Source of the DNA: Candidatus Latescibacterota bacterium
GTDB taxonomy: Bacteria; Latescibacterota; UBA2968
Direction of reading: 5' to 3'
NCBI GenBank assembly: GCA_965204375.1
Contig: OZ241986.1
Location: 4,640,001 to 4,704,000 of the forward strand
Length of the DNA: 64,000 nucleotides
The translations under genes and the position numbers were made by a program. Under the pieces are notes generated by a model. The model had not been told where the DNA came from. It did not search any database and worked only from the letters and a program-made list of their open reading frames with translations. This document shows positions 38,747 through 50,726 of the stretch, piece after piece. Numbering within the stretch: the stretch's first letter is position 1; each line of letters opens with the position of its first letter.

Positions 38747-39691
38747 TTAGAAAGGGGGTGCGAATCCGTCTTTACCTTCACCCAAGTTCGGCAGATTCTT
38801 GCGAAGAACTTCTGAAATCTCATCGTAGTGCTTCATATATTCGTCGCGGAATGATGATGGTGTACATCCGAGTTTTTCTACCATCAGTGCGAACGCTTTT
38901 TCGCGTGTGCCTGCAACAAACTTACCCCGCTGGAAGTGAAATGGTTGTGAAATGAATTTTTTGACATGTGTGTTCAGCAAATTCTCGCTGAATACCTCAG
39001 CGTCTTTTACCAAGAGCAAGGGTGTCATGGTGATGCAAGCGTCAATGCCTTCAGCCTGCACCTGTGCGATTGCATGTAATCGCATAGCGTTGGAAGGACA
39101 GTATGGCTCGAAAGTGCGCCTTATGTCTTCGTCGTCAGTGGTGACTGTCATATTCACCTGCACGCGCCCGCCGTTGTCTTCGATGCGGCGAAATAAGTCG
39201 CAGTCGCGCACGACATCGGGGCTGCGCGTTTGCACGACCAACCTGGGTTTGTGTTGCTCTGCCATAATGTTCAGTAAGTTGCGGGTTATCTTCAGTTCAC
39301 GCTCAATGGGTTGGTAGGGGTCGGTGACACTGCTCATGTAGATAAGCTTGTCATTGAGGGATCGCCTGAGCCTTTCCATTTTTTCGACCGCGTTCTCTTT
39401 GACACCAACCCAATAGCCCCAGGAGTCTTGTTTTTTGCGGTCACGGCTGAAAAACGCTGCATAGCAGTAGGTGCAGCCATAAGAGCATCCGCTATACGGA
39501 TTTAACGTATAGTCATAGGCGTCCATGAACCCGGTGGCAGGCGTCAATATCGCGCTGGTAGGCTTATATTCGACGTCGGCTTGTCCGATGCGATTAGGCC
39601 GATCTTCTGGCTGACGCTCCGCTGGGGGTTGCGCCATAGAAACATCATCAAATAACAGGTATTGATTAGATGTAGTCATAAATATTACCAT
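38747..39691 (-). CDS. SPL (spore photoproduct lyase-like) family radical SAM protein
   Basis: LNPYSGCSYGCTYCYA (CxxxCxxC), SSVTDPYQPIE, QTRS, FEP. Confidence 0.85.
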   Translation of the reverse strand: MVIFMTTSNQYLLFDDVSMAQPPAERQPEDRPNRIGQADVEYKPTSAILTPATGFMDAYDYTLNPYSGCSYGCTYCYAAFFSRDRKKQDSWGYWVGVKENAVEKMERLRRSLNDKLIYMSSVTDPYQPIERELKITRNLLNIMAEQHKPRLVVQTRSPDVVRDCDLFRRIEDNGGRVQVNMTVTTDDEDIRRTFEPYCPSNAMRLHAIAQVQAEGIDACITMTPLLLVKDAEVFSENLLNTHVKKFISQPFHFQRGKFVAGTREKAFALMVEKLGCTPSSFRDEYMKHYDEISEVLRKNLPNLGEGKDGFAPPF

Positions 39692-40611
39692 CCTCGTAAA
39701 TTCTTCGGTCGGTACTCCCTCTCCCCAGAATAAAAATGCCAGATTTCGGCGTCACGCCGTTCCCATGTGACGGGAATGTGTAGATAACCATGGGATTGTG
39801 AAAGCGTCTTGTTCAGATTTCTTCTCCATTCTGTAATTTTTGTTAGCTCGCCATTGAACTGGAGTGACAGTTCTGTTTTTCGGGGCTTGGAAGAGAAAGG
39901 CCACACTTCTTTCAAAAGAGATTTCTTTGACTCGTGTGTGGATACGAAACACACATGGGGGTAGAATCTATTTCTAAGAGACTTGAGCGACTGCTTTATA
40001 TCGTCTTTGTTCTCATCGTAAACTGCGTGTATTGCGCTAATCCAACGGTCGCTACTCTGTGCCAATTCAACTTGTCCAATATCCTTGTAGTAATTTGGCT
40101 TTATGATTTCGCATACCGGGCCTAAATGATTGTAGAGTTTTTGATTGTAGAGCTTTGTGAACAACTCCCACATCTCCTTTCCGATGTCGATCATGGCCTG
40201 GCTTATATCTATTGAATCTATCCTGATTTCGGTTATTGATTTCTTATTTTTCGTGGTTATCGTGTCCGCGACTGCTAACGCAACACCGAACTGCATTGCC
40301 AGCGATCCGCACCCGAAATCCACAATGTGCAGTTTTTCATTCAATATGTCAGTTGAGTTAATGATTGATTGAATCATACTATACGCAAGGTTTATTTGAG
40401 AAGGCTGATACCAGGAATAAAAAAGCGCGACCCATTCATCGTGGTAATCGGACATCTCGCCTTTTTGAAGTTTCTTAAGCGATTCGAGCGCGTTGAAAAC
40501 CTTTTGTGTTATTTGATTAGTATTTAAGCCACAGGCAAGCCGTTTAAACTCTTGTTTCGATACGGTTTCTATTACCAAGTCCAAGATGTTGGTAGCGATT
40601 TTCCCATTCAT
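39685..40611 (-). CDS. Hypothetical protein with class I SAM-methyltransferase-like motif
   Basis: HIVDFGCGS and IDSIDISQAM; visibly AT-rich; overlaps the radical SAM gene start. Confidence 0.6.
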   Translation of the reverse strand: MNGKIATNILDLVIETVSKQEFKRLACGLNTNQITQKVFNALESLKKLQKGEMSDYHDEWVALFYSWYQPSQINLAYSMIQSIINSTDILNEKLHIVDFGCGSLAMQFGVALAVADTITTKNKKSITEIRIDSIDISQAMIDIGKEMWELFTKLYNQKLYNHLGPVCEIIKPNYYKDIGQVELAQSSDRWISAIHAVYDENKDDIKQSLKSLRNRFYPHVCFVSTHESKKSLLKEVWPFSSKPRKTELSLQFNGELTKITEWRRNLNKTLSQSHGYLHIPVTWERRDAEIWHFYSGEREYRPKNLRGW

Positions 40612-40630
40612 ATTTTTCTGATCTCCAAGC

Positions 40631-40770
40631 GGGCGACCACAAAGGTCGTCCCTACATTTTATCGCTTCATGTCCTCGAACCAGCCAGCCTCAGCCCCTCT
40701 TTTTTCTCTGCGTTCATCTGCGTCATCTGCGTCATCTGCGGATCACACTTCACACTTCCTACTTCACACT
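40631..40770. repeat. REP-like palindrome plus 9-bp and 7-bp tandem repeats
   Basis: GGGCGACC-acaaa-GGTCGTCC-CTAC; (TCATCTGCG)x3 at 40714-40; (TCACACT)x4 imperfect at 40743-70. Confidence 0.75.
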
Positions 40771-40773
40771 TTC

Positions 40774-41232
40774 CTATTCTTCCCCATCGTAATACTCCGC
40801 CTCGGTCAGACGTCCCAATTTGCCCGGTGGGCGGATCGCCCATTTATCCGAGTCCGGATAATAGACCGGATCACTTACGGGATTGTCGGCAATGACGTAA
40901 TAAATCAGATCCTCTGTCGCACTTGTATTGCGTATCTGATGCGCGGTGCCGGGTGGCTGAACAAATGCGTCGCCTGCTCCCACTTCAAATGTGTGATCAT
41001 TACGGCGCACGGTGCCCTGACCGTGGAACACGATATAAAATTCCCACTGTACCTGATGCGCATGGCACGGAAAATTTATCTTTCCCGGCGGCAATCGCAC
41101 CCATTCAACCTCAAATGGCTGTCCTGTAGTTTCCAATGCTCCGGAAATATCCTTTCGAGATAAACCGTATTTACCCGTGCGCGATTGGCGCGCTATTTCC
41201 TCTATTTCCGATTCATTGATTTTTTCTATCAC
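40774..41232 (-). CDS. Cupin domain protein
   Basis: FPCHAHQVQWEFYIV..G.G, PPGTAHQIRN, YYPDSDK. Confidence 0.85.
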   Translation of the reverse strand: MIEKINESEIEEIARQSRTGKYGLSRKDISGALETTGQPFEVEWVRLPPGKINFPCHAHQVQWEFYIVFHGQGTVRRNDHTFEVGAGDAFVQPPGTAHQIRNTSATEDLIYYVIADNPVSDPVYYPDSDKWAIRPPGKLGRLTEAEYYDGEE

Positions 41233-41257
41233 TTTGATTTTCCTTCACTTTGATGGT

Positions 41258-42037
41258 TTATTGGGCGTTCCATCCGCCATCCACATATAGCGATGCTCCC
41301 GTCATGAAGCTGGATGCATCGCTTGCCAAAAATAGCGCTGCGCCACGAATTTCATGCAACTCTGCCCAGCGATTTAACGCGGTCAATTCCAATAACGATT
41401 TTACCTTCTCGGGCGTTTTTAGAAGCGGCACATTGATCTCTGTCAAAAAGGGTCCGGGACACAATGCATTGCAACGCACATTGGACTCTGCCCACTCCAG
41501 AGCCATCGTTTTTGTCATCCCGATTAATCCCGCTTTTGACGAACAATAAGCCGAGCGCTCTCTTAACCCGACGCCACTTAATGCCGACGCAATGTTTACT
41601 ACGGAACCCGATCCCTGTGGCTTCATAACCCGGGCAGCCGCTCGACAACACAACCATACGCCAGTGAGATTGATATCGATCACTTGCTTAAACTCGTCGA
41701 GTGGAAATTCCTCTACGGGATGCCGAATATTAATTCCCGCGCTGTTGATCAACACGTCCAGCTTGCCGTATTTCTCGATGACTGTATCAAATACCCGATC
41801 CACGTCTTTTTCATGGGTTACATCTCCAGCGATACCGAGACTCTCCTGCCGTGTTTCTTCTGCGATCTCTGCGGCCACGCGGTCACAATCTGCCTGTGTC
41901 CGCGAACAAATGACGGTTTTTGCACCGGCCTGCGCCAATCCCATCGCCATTGATGCGCCCAATCCTTTGGATCCCCCGGTGATCAAGGCGACCTTTCCGT
42001 CTAACCGAAACAAATCCATTACATATATTTCTGACAT
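41258..42037 (-). CDS. SDR family oxidoreductase (gluconate 5-dehydrogenase-like)
   Basis: TGGSKGLG, NSAG, YCSSK, VDGG. Confidence 0.9.
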   Translation of the reverse strand: MSEIYVMDLFRLDGKVALITGGSKGLGASMAMGLAQAGAKTVICSRTQADCDRVAAEIAEETRQESLGIAGDVTHEKDVDRVFDTVIEKYGKLDVLINSAGINIRHPVEEFPLDEFKQVIDINLTGVWLCCRAAARVMKPQGSGSVVNIASALSGVGLRERSAYCSSKAGLIGMTKTMALEWAESNVRCNALCPGPFLTEINVPLLKTPEKVKSLLELTALNRWAELHEIRGAALFLASDASSFMTGASLYVDGGWNAQ

Positions 42038-42117
42038 GTTGTTCTCCTGAGATCAACAAAAACCTCCTGGATTGCGGCCCCGTATTACAACCTACGGGGC
42101 AGGATCCTGTGCCGTCC

Positions 42118-43200
42118 CTATGGTCTCAATGTCACCTTTACGGACTGCGTTCCGTCTGCGACGAGGTCAATACCCTTATGAAAATCCTCAAGTGGCAATT
42201 GATGGGTTACGATCTGATCCATTGGGAGGAGGCCCTGTTCCAGCATTCGAATGGCAATGGGATAACAATGCGGACTCAAATGAGCGCCGTGAATATTGAG
42301 TTCTTTTGTGTCGCCAATAATCGTCCAGTCCGTTGTCACGGGTTCGCGCATTACGCTGAACTCGACAAATGTGCCGAGTTTGCAAATCATGAGCAGTCCC
42401 TGTTCTACTGCCGCGGGATGCCCGGTCGCCTCGATGTACACATCGCAACCATAACCCTCTGTCAATTTATGGACTTCGTCAATCACATCCACCGAATTTG
42501 GATTCAACCCCAGATCTGCCCCACAGGCTCTGGCTATTTCCAGCCGTTTATCACTTAGGTCTAAGGCAATTAGCAATGCGGGATTCTTCATTCGCGCAGC
42601 AGCGACCATACCCAGGCCCAGCGGTCCCGCGCCGGCAATGACGACGGTGTGGTTTAACTGAATATTGCCGCGTTCGACCGCGTGAATCGCACAGGCGAGG
42701 GGTTCTACGTACGCCGCATGCGCGGCGGGTATGGATTTTGGTACGCGATAGTTCAAGGCTCTGGCAGGTAACCTGCAATATTCGGCCATCGCGCCAAAGG
42801 TCGCCTGGCGAAAGCCATAAATATCGTGTACCATGCACATCCAGTATTGCCCGCGCAAGCAATAACGACACGCGCCGCACGGTACAATTTGTTCCGATAC
42901 GGCGAGGTCGCCAATCGCCAACCCGTATTTGTCACCCGCACCGTTGCCGAGTGCAACGACCTCTCCTACAAATTCGTGCCCGGGAATAATCGGTGCCTGG
43001 CAATAGCCCTCGCGATGGGCATCGCCCCAGAACATGGGTGCTCCCAGATAGCACTTTAAATCGCTTGCACATATACCGACGGATTGCACGCGAAGTAGAA
43101 CCTCGCCCGCCTCTACCTGTGGTACTGCGTATTCTTCCAGGCGATAATCTTCGGGCGCGCGGCACATGACTGCGGGCATTGTTTTTGGCAAATCACCCAT
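42118..43200 (-). CDS. Zn-dependent polyol dehydrogenase (erythritol/L-threitol dehydrogenase-like)
   Basis: GICASD, GHEFVG, CxxCxxC..C structural Zn site, GAGPLG. Confidence 0.8.
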   Translation of the reverse strand: MGDLPKTMPAVMCRAPEDYRLEEYAVPQVEAGEVLLRVQSVGICASDLKCYLGAPMFWGDAHREGYCQAPIIPGHEFVGEVVALGNGAGDKYGLAIGDLAVSEQIVPCGACRYCLRGQYWMCMVHDIYGFRQATFGAMAEYCRLPARALNYRVPKSIPAAHAAYVEPLACAIHAVERGNIQLNHTVVIAGAGPLGLGMVAAARMKNPALLIALDLSDKRLEIARACGADLGLNPNSVDVIDEVHKLTEGYGCDVYIEATGHPAAVEQGLLMICKLGTFVEFSVMREPVTTDWTIIGDTKELNIHGAHLSPHCYPIAIRMLEQGLLPMDQIVTHQLPLEDFHKGIDLVADGTQSVKVTLRP

Positions 43201-43213
43201 ATCAATCCTTTTC

Positions 43214-43242
43214 TTGACAAGAGAAAGACGTTAGGATACACT
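43214..43242 (+). promoter_or_regulatory. hom promoter
   Basis: TTGACA-17-TACACT. Confidence 0.6.
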
Positions 43243-43297
43243 TTTACAGTATATAAAAAAAGACAACAATTTTCATCTCTAACCTTAAGAGGTAAAA

Positions 43298-44593
43298 GTG
43301 GCGATTGGTATTGGCTTGATTGGCATGGGCGTTGTGGGCGGCGGTGTGGCCCGCATCCTTCGAGATCGGGAACGCGAATTCAAACACGTTCGGGGCCTCA
43401 ATCTCGATATTCGCAAAGTTGCTGTGCGCGATTTGTCCAAATCTCGCGCAATTGATTTGATTCCCGATTGTTTTACGACCAATCCTATGGATGTGGTCGC
43501 GGATCCGACAATTCAGATTGTGGTCGAGGTGATGGGCGGTGTTGATGCGGCTTATGATCTCGTTCTCGCGGCGCTTCAAAATGGGAAAGATGTTGTTACG
43601 GCGAACAAAGCCCTTCTCGCCGAACGCGGGGACAGCCTGTTTGAGGCTGCGGTGAAAAATAATGTAGGACTCGGCTTTGAAGCCAGTGTCTGCGGTGGGA
43701 TTCCCATTATCCAGACACTCAGCCAGGGTCTGGTCGCCAATAATATTCAATCGCTTTACGGTATTCTCAACGGCACGACGAACTACATCCTCACCCGCAT
43801 GACAGAAGCCGGAGAGGATTTTGGTCCCATGCTCAAAGAAGCACAGGACAAAGGATTCGCCGAAGCCGATCCCACCATGGATATCGACGGCACGGATGCG
43901 GCTCAAAAGCTCGCGCTTCTCTGTCGCCTCGCCTTTCGCCAGCGCGTCTCGTCCGGCGATATTCTCAAAGAGGGTATCTCTCACATCACTGCGTTAGATA
44001 TCGACTTTGCCCGCGAACTCGGCTATACCATCAAATTGCTCGGCATAGCCCGCGTAGTGGGTAATCGCATTGAAGTGCGTGTGCATCCCGCCTTTGTGCC
44101 TCACGATGCACTCTTGGCCGATATTCGCAATGAATTCAACGCTGTAGAAATTGTCGGTAGTGCGGTTGACGCCCAGGTCTTTTACGGCAAAGGTGCCGGT
44201 GAATTGCCCACAGCCAGCGCGGTGGTCGCCGACCTGGTCGCCATTTCGGAGCGACGCAAAGCCGGTCTTGGTCCCGCGGGAGCACCGCTTGCTCCACTGC
44301 CCGAGGCGGACCTCGTTCCCACCGGCGATATTCAGACCGGCAGCTATTGTAGGCTTACTGTTTACGACAAGCCCGGGGTTCTGGCACAGGTTGCAGCGCT
44401 CTTTGCCGATGAAGATATCAGCATAGAAACGGTCATCCAGCACGGGCGCTCGGAAACAGAAGGTGGCACGGTTCCCCTGATCATGATCACGCACGATGCT
44501 CCCGAATCCGCGATGCAACGCGCCATCGCACGCATCGGGAATTTGTCCGCTGTGACAGAAAAACCGCAGATTATTCGGATTTTGCATCCGTGA
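43298..44593 (+). CDS. hom: Homoserine dehydrogenase with ACT domain
   Basis: VVTANKA, FEASVCGGIPII, NGTTNYIL, GFAEADP, GAGELPTASAV, DKPGVL. Confidence 0.95.
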   Translation: MAIGIGLIGMGVVGGGVARILRDREREFKHVRGLNLDIRKVAVRDLSKSRAIDLIPDCFTTNPMDVVADPTIQIVVEVMGGVDAAYDLVLAALQNGKDVVTANKALLAERGDSLFEAAVKNNVGLGFEASVCGGIPIIQTLSQGLVANNIQSLYGILNGTTNYILTRMTEAGEDFGPMLKEAQDKGFAEADPTMDIDGTDAAQKLALLCRLAFRQRVSSGDILKEGISHITALDIDFARELGYTIKLLGIARVVGNRIEVRVHPAFVPHDALLADIRNEFNAVEIVGSAVDAQVFYGKGAGELPTASAVVADLVAISERRKAGLGPAGAPLAPLPEADLVPTGDIQTGSYCRLTVYDKPGVLAQVAALFADEDISIETVIQHGRSETEGGTVPLIMITHDAPESAMQRAIARIGNLSAVTEKPQIIRILHP

Positions 44594-44607
44594 GGGGATG
44601 TGAAAAC

Positions 44608-44640
44608 AAAAAAGCGGCAGAGTTTTTTCTCTGCCGCTGC
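44608..44640. terminator. Terminator between convergent hom and gyrA
   Basis: GCGGCAGAG/CTCTGCCGC stem; A-run gives a U-tract on the minus strand. Confidence 0.75.
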
Positions 44641-44665
44641 GTATTTCAATCCAAAAATGTATTGT

Positions 44666-47311
44666 TCACTTCCATCCTGCGCGCTTTTGCACCTCGCGCC
44701 ATAATGCCTTCATCGTTCCGTTTTCCTCAGCCGTGTTCTCCTCTCCAGTTTCACTTACTTCTTCAGATGTTGCATCCATCGCGGTTTCGCCTTCTTCTTC
44801 CTCATCCTGATTGATCACCTGTGCCACATCAATTACCTGATCGCCGTCATCTGGGTTGATCAATCGCACGCCCTGCGTATTGCGCCCTATCACGCTCACG
44901 TCCGCTACTTTCTGACGGATCAAGATGCCATTCTGTGTCACAATCACCATATCGTCGCGGCTATCTTCCGTCACGCCCATCACCGATACTACAGGACCAT
45001 TGCGATCTGTAGTCTTGATGTTGATTACGCCTTTTCCGCCCCGGTTTGTCAGGCGATACTCCGAAATCGGCGAGCGCTTGCCATATCCATTGGCACATAT
45101 CGACAATAAATGAGACTGTTCTACCTCTTCAGGTTTAACGACGACCATGCCTACCACGACATCATCGCCTTGCAAAGACACGCCGCGCACACCCTGTGAG
45201 TTGCGTCCCATAGCCCGCACTTTGTTTTCTTCAAAGTACACAGCTTGCCCATGCTTTGTGGCAATGACTATCCGGTCGTCTCCTCCCGTAATCGCGGCTT
45301 TGATTAGCTGATCGTCTTCCCGCACATTCATCGCAATAATGCCACCCTTGCGCGGGCGACTATAAGCCGATAGCGCGGTCTTTTTCGTTAGGCCCTTTCG
45401 GGTTATAGACAGCAGATAGCGATCTTCGTCAAATGAACTGCTGGCGCAGTTGGACACCGCTCCGCGCACGGGCACGACTTCGGCTACCTTATGCCCATAG
45501 GGGATATCCACGACATTGACAATGGGCCGCCCGCGCGCTTGACGCGTACCCCGCGGAATTTCATGGACTTTTAACCACACACAGTGCCCGCGGTCTGTCA
45601 ATACGAGGATATAACTATGCGTGGAAGCCACGAATAAGCTTTCTACAAAATCTTCATCTTTTGTTCGCATACCCGTGATCCCACGCCCGCCCCGGTTTTG
45701 TGCGCGATAAGTGGATACGGGAATGCGTTTGATGTACCCGTTGTGAGAAATTGTAATGACCATATCTTCTTCGTGGATCAAATCTTCAATACTGAACTCA
45801 GAGGCCGCGAACACGATTTCTGACCGCCGCTCGTCGCCATATTTTTCGCGCATCACACCCAATTCGTCTTTGACAATTTTCATACGCAATTCGCGGTTGT
45901 CCAGGATAGAGCGCAATCGTTCAATCTCTTGTGTCAGTTCGCGATGTTCGGCTTCTATCTTCTGCTGTTCCATGTTGGTCAATCGCTGCAATGTCATGGA
46001 CAGAATGGCCTGTACCTGGCGTTCAGACAATTGGTGTTGTTCTTCGGTCGATTGGAGTTGTCCTCTAGACAATTTGAGTTGTGTCAACGCACGCCGCGCT
46101 TCATTGGTATCTTTTGAACCGCGGATAATGCGGATTACTTCGTCGATATTGTCCTGAGCGAGTATTAATCCTTCCAGGATATGTGCGCGATCTTCAGCTA
46201 CTCGCAGTTCGTATTCCGTGCGTCGCTTTACGACATCGTGGCGGTGGTCGATATAACACTGCAACATATGCTTCAAGGTCACTTGTTGCGGCCGGCCGTT
46301 GACCAGCGCAACCATATTGGCCGCAAATGTCGTTTCCAGTTGGGTGTGTTTGTAGAGTTGATTCAAGATCACATCCCCGACCACGTCGCGTTTGAGTTCC
46401 ACGACGATGCGCAGCCCATCGCGGTCGGATTCATCCTGAATATTTGAAATCCCTTCAATGCGTTTTTCGCGTACCAGATCCGCCATTTTTTCCAATAGCG
46501 TTGTCTTGTTCACCATATAGGGGATTTCTGTGATGATAATGGTTTCTCGACCGGTTTTGTCTTCTTCTATATCGGCTTTTGCCCGAATCTTCAGATGTCC
46601 GCGTCCCGTGGTATAGGCATCTAAAACGCCCCCCATACCATAAATGATGCCGCCGGTTGGAAAGTCGGGTGCTTTGATATATTCCGTCAATTCAACGATA
46701 TCCAATTCGGGATTGTCGATCAATGCGACAAGGCCATCGGCGACCTCCTGCAAATTGTGCGGTGGAATTGCCGTGGCCATTGTGGTGGCAATGCCCACAG
46801 CGCCGTTGCAAATCATGTTTGGAAACGCAGAAGGCAATACCTGGGGCTCTTCCAGGCGCTCGTCGTAGTTGGGGCGGTAATCAACGGTCTCTTTCTCGAG
46901 ATCGTTCAACATCTCATGCCCCGGTCCGGCCATGCGCGCTTCTGTGTAGCGCATTGCAGCGGGCGGATACCCGTCGATGGAGCCAAAATTCCCCTGTCCA
47001 TCTACGAGTGGATAACGCAACTTAAAATCCTGCGCCAGATGCACCAGCGTTGGATAGACAATGTCTTCACCGTGCGGATGATAATTGCCCGAGGCATGAC
47101 CGGCAATATGAGCGCATTTTCGATGCTGCCGGTTTGCGCCCAGGCCGAGGTCATTCATCGCGACCAAAATGCGTCTTTGCGATGGCTTCATCCCATCGCG
47201 CACATCCGGCAATGCGCGATTGACCAGTGTGCTCATCGAATAATCGAGCATGGACTTCTTCAACTCATCGCCAATTTCAACAGGGATCACCCGCGATCGT
47301 TCTATCATCAT
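44666..47311 (-). CDS. gyrA: DNA gyrase subunit A
   Basis: RALPDVRDGMKP, YHPHG, AAMRYTEAR, GyrA-box QNRGGRG, beta-pinwheel repeats, acidic tail. Confidence 0.97.
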   Translation of the reverse strand: MMIERSRVIPVEIGDELKKSMLDYSMSTLVNRALPDVRDGMKPSQRRILVAMNDLGLGANRQHRKCAHIAGHASGNYHPHGEDIVYPTLVHLAQDFKLRYPLVDGQGNFGSIDGYPPAAMRYTEARMAGPGHEMLNDLEKETVDYRPNYDERLEEPQVLPSAFPNMICNGAVGIATTMATAIPPHNLQEVADGLVALIDNPELDIVELTEYIKAPDFPTGGIIYGMGGVLDAYTTGRGHLKIRAKADIEEDKTGRETIIITEIPYMVNKTTLLEKMADLVREKRIEGISNIQDESDRDGLRIVVELKRDVVGDVILNQLYKHTQLETTFAANMVALVNGRPQQVTLKHMLQCYIDHRHDVVKRRTEYELRVAEDRAHILEGLILAQDNIDEVIRIIRGSKDTNEARRALTQLKLSRGQLQSTEEQHQLSERQVQAILSMTLQRLTNMEQQKIEAEHRELTQEIERLRSILDNRELRMKIVKDELGVMREKYGDERRSEIVFAASEFSIEDLIHEEDMVITISHNGYIKRIPVSTYRAQNRGGRGITGMRTKDEDFVESLFVASTHSYILVLTDRGHCVWLKVHEIPRGTRQARGRPIVNVVDIPYGHKVAEVVPVRGAVSNCASSSFDEDRYLLSITRKGLTKKTALSAYSRPRKGGIIAMNVREDDQLIKAAITGGDDRIVIATKHGQAVYFEENKVRAMGRNSQGVRGVSLQGDDVVVGMVVVKPEEVEQSHLLSICANGYGKRSPISEYRLTNRGGKGVINIKTTDRNGPVVSVMGVTEDSRDDMVIVTQNGILIRQKVADVSVIGRNTQGVRLINPDDGDQVIDVAQVINQDEEEEGETAMDATSEEVSETGEENTAEENGTMKALWREVQKRAGWK

Positions 47312-47329
47312 TGTCTCATCGTCTCCTTT

Positions 47330-49640
<2,311 letters not shown>

Positions 49641-49644
<4 letters not shown>

Positions 49645-50726
49645 AATTTCAACAGCCGAAATCCGTGTGCTTCAAAATCCAAATCCGGATCGCGTGCTGA
49701 GGTTACGACTACCTGCCCAAAATCGGGAATGAGGTTCAATACGGCTTTTGCCCGTTTGGGATCGAGTTCTGAAAACACATCGTCCATCAGCAAGACAGGG
49801 CACCACCCGGTCTGTTGTTCCAAAAATGTCGCTTCAGCCAATTTCCAGGAGAGCAGAACGGTTTTCAGTTGGCCCTGGGATGCGAATTGATGTACAGCTT
49901 TGTCATCAAGTGTAAAAATCAGATTGTCGCGGTGTGGTCCCGTAAGTGTATATCGCAGTTCGACTTCCTGTGGCAACCGGGTCGTCAGCGCTTCGAAGAG
50001 TATTTCCCTGCCCTGGTCGCGCGTTTCCAGGGTTATGGGACTGCGGTAATTCGCTTTCATTTTTTCTGATGTGGGCGCGATGGCCCGATAGTATTCAGAT
50101 AGAAGATGTTGTATATCATTCAGTGCTTCGAGACGGCGAGATATAATGCGAGCACCCAAATTGGACAATTGCTCATTCCACGGTTCAACTTGTTCGGGAT
50201 GTGATAACAATGCTGAACGGCGGTCTTTTAACAACCGATTGCGCTGTGCCAAAACGCGCTGATACCCTTCCAGGTCAGCCAAATAGGACGCGCTTGATTG
50301 CGAAACGAGAATATCTAAAATGCGGCGGCGCTGAGCTGGTTCGCGCAATACGAGATCCACATCTTCGGGAGAGAACAAAACAGCGTTGAATGCGCCAATG
50401 AGGTCCGAAAGGCGGGGAAGAGAGGTCTCTGCAACAGAGGCTTGTTTTTTGCCAACAAGGGGATCGTAGGCAATGCGAATGGGGAAGGAACGATCTTCGC
50501 GCTCAATCTGGGCTTCGATCACAAAATAGTTAGCACCCCACCTGAGCACATCCCGATCTCTGGCACCTCGACCCGATTTGGCCAGTGCCAAAAAGTACAA
50601 CGCTTCTAAAACATTTGATTTACCGCGGGCATTATCTGCCCAGATTGCCGTTTTTGCCTGATCAAATGTAAATTCAGCATGCCCAAAGTTTCGAAAATTG
50701 GTGAGTTTAAGTGAGGAAACATACAT
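49641..50726 (-). CDS. recF: DNA replication and repair protein RecF
   Basis: NFRN, NARGKSNVLEA, FSPED, GPHRD, ASQGQ, DDVFSELD. Confidence 0.95.
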
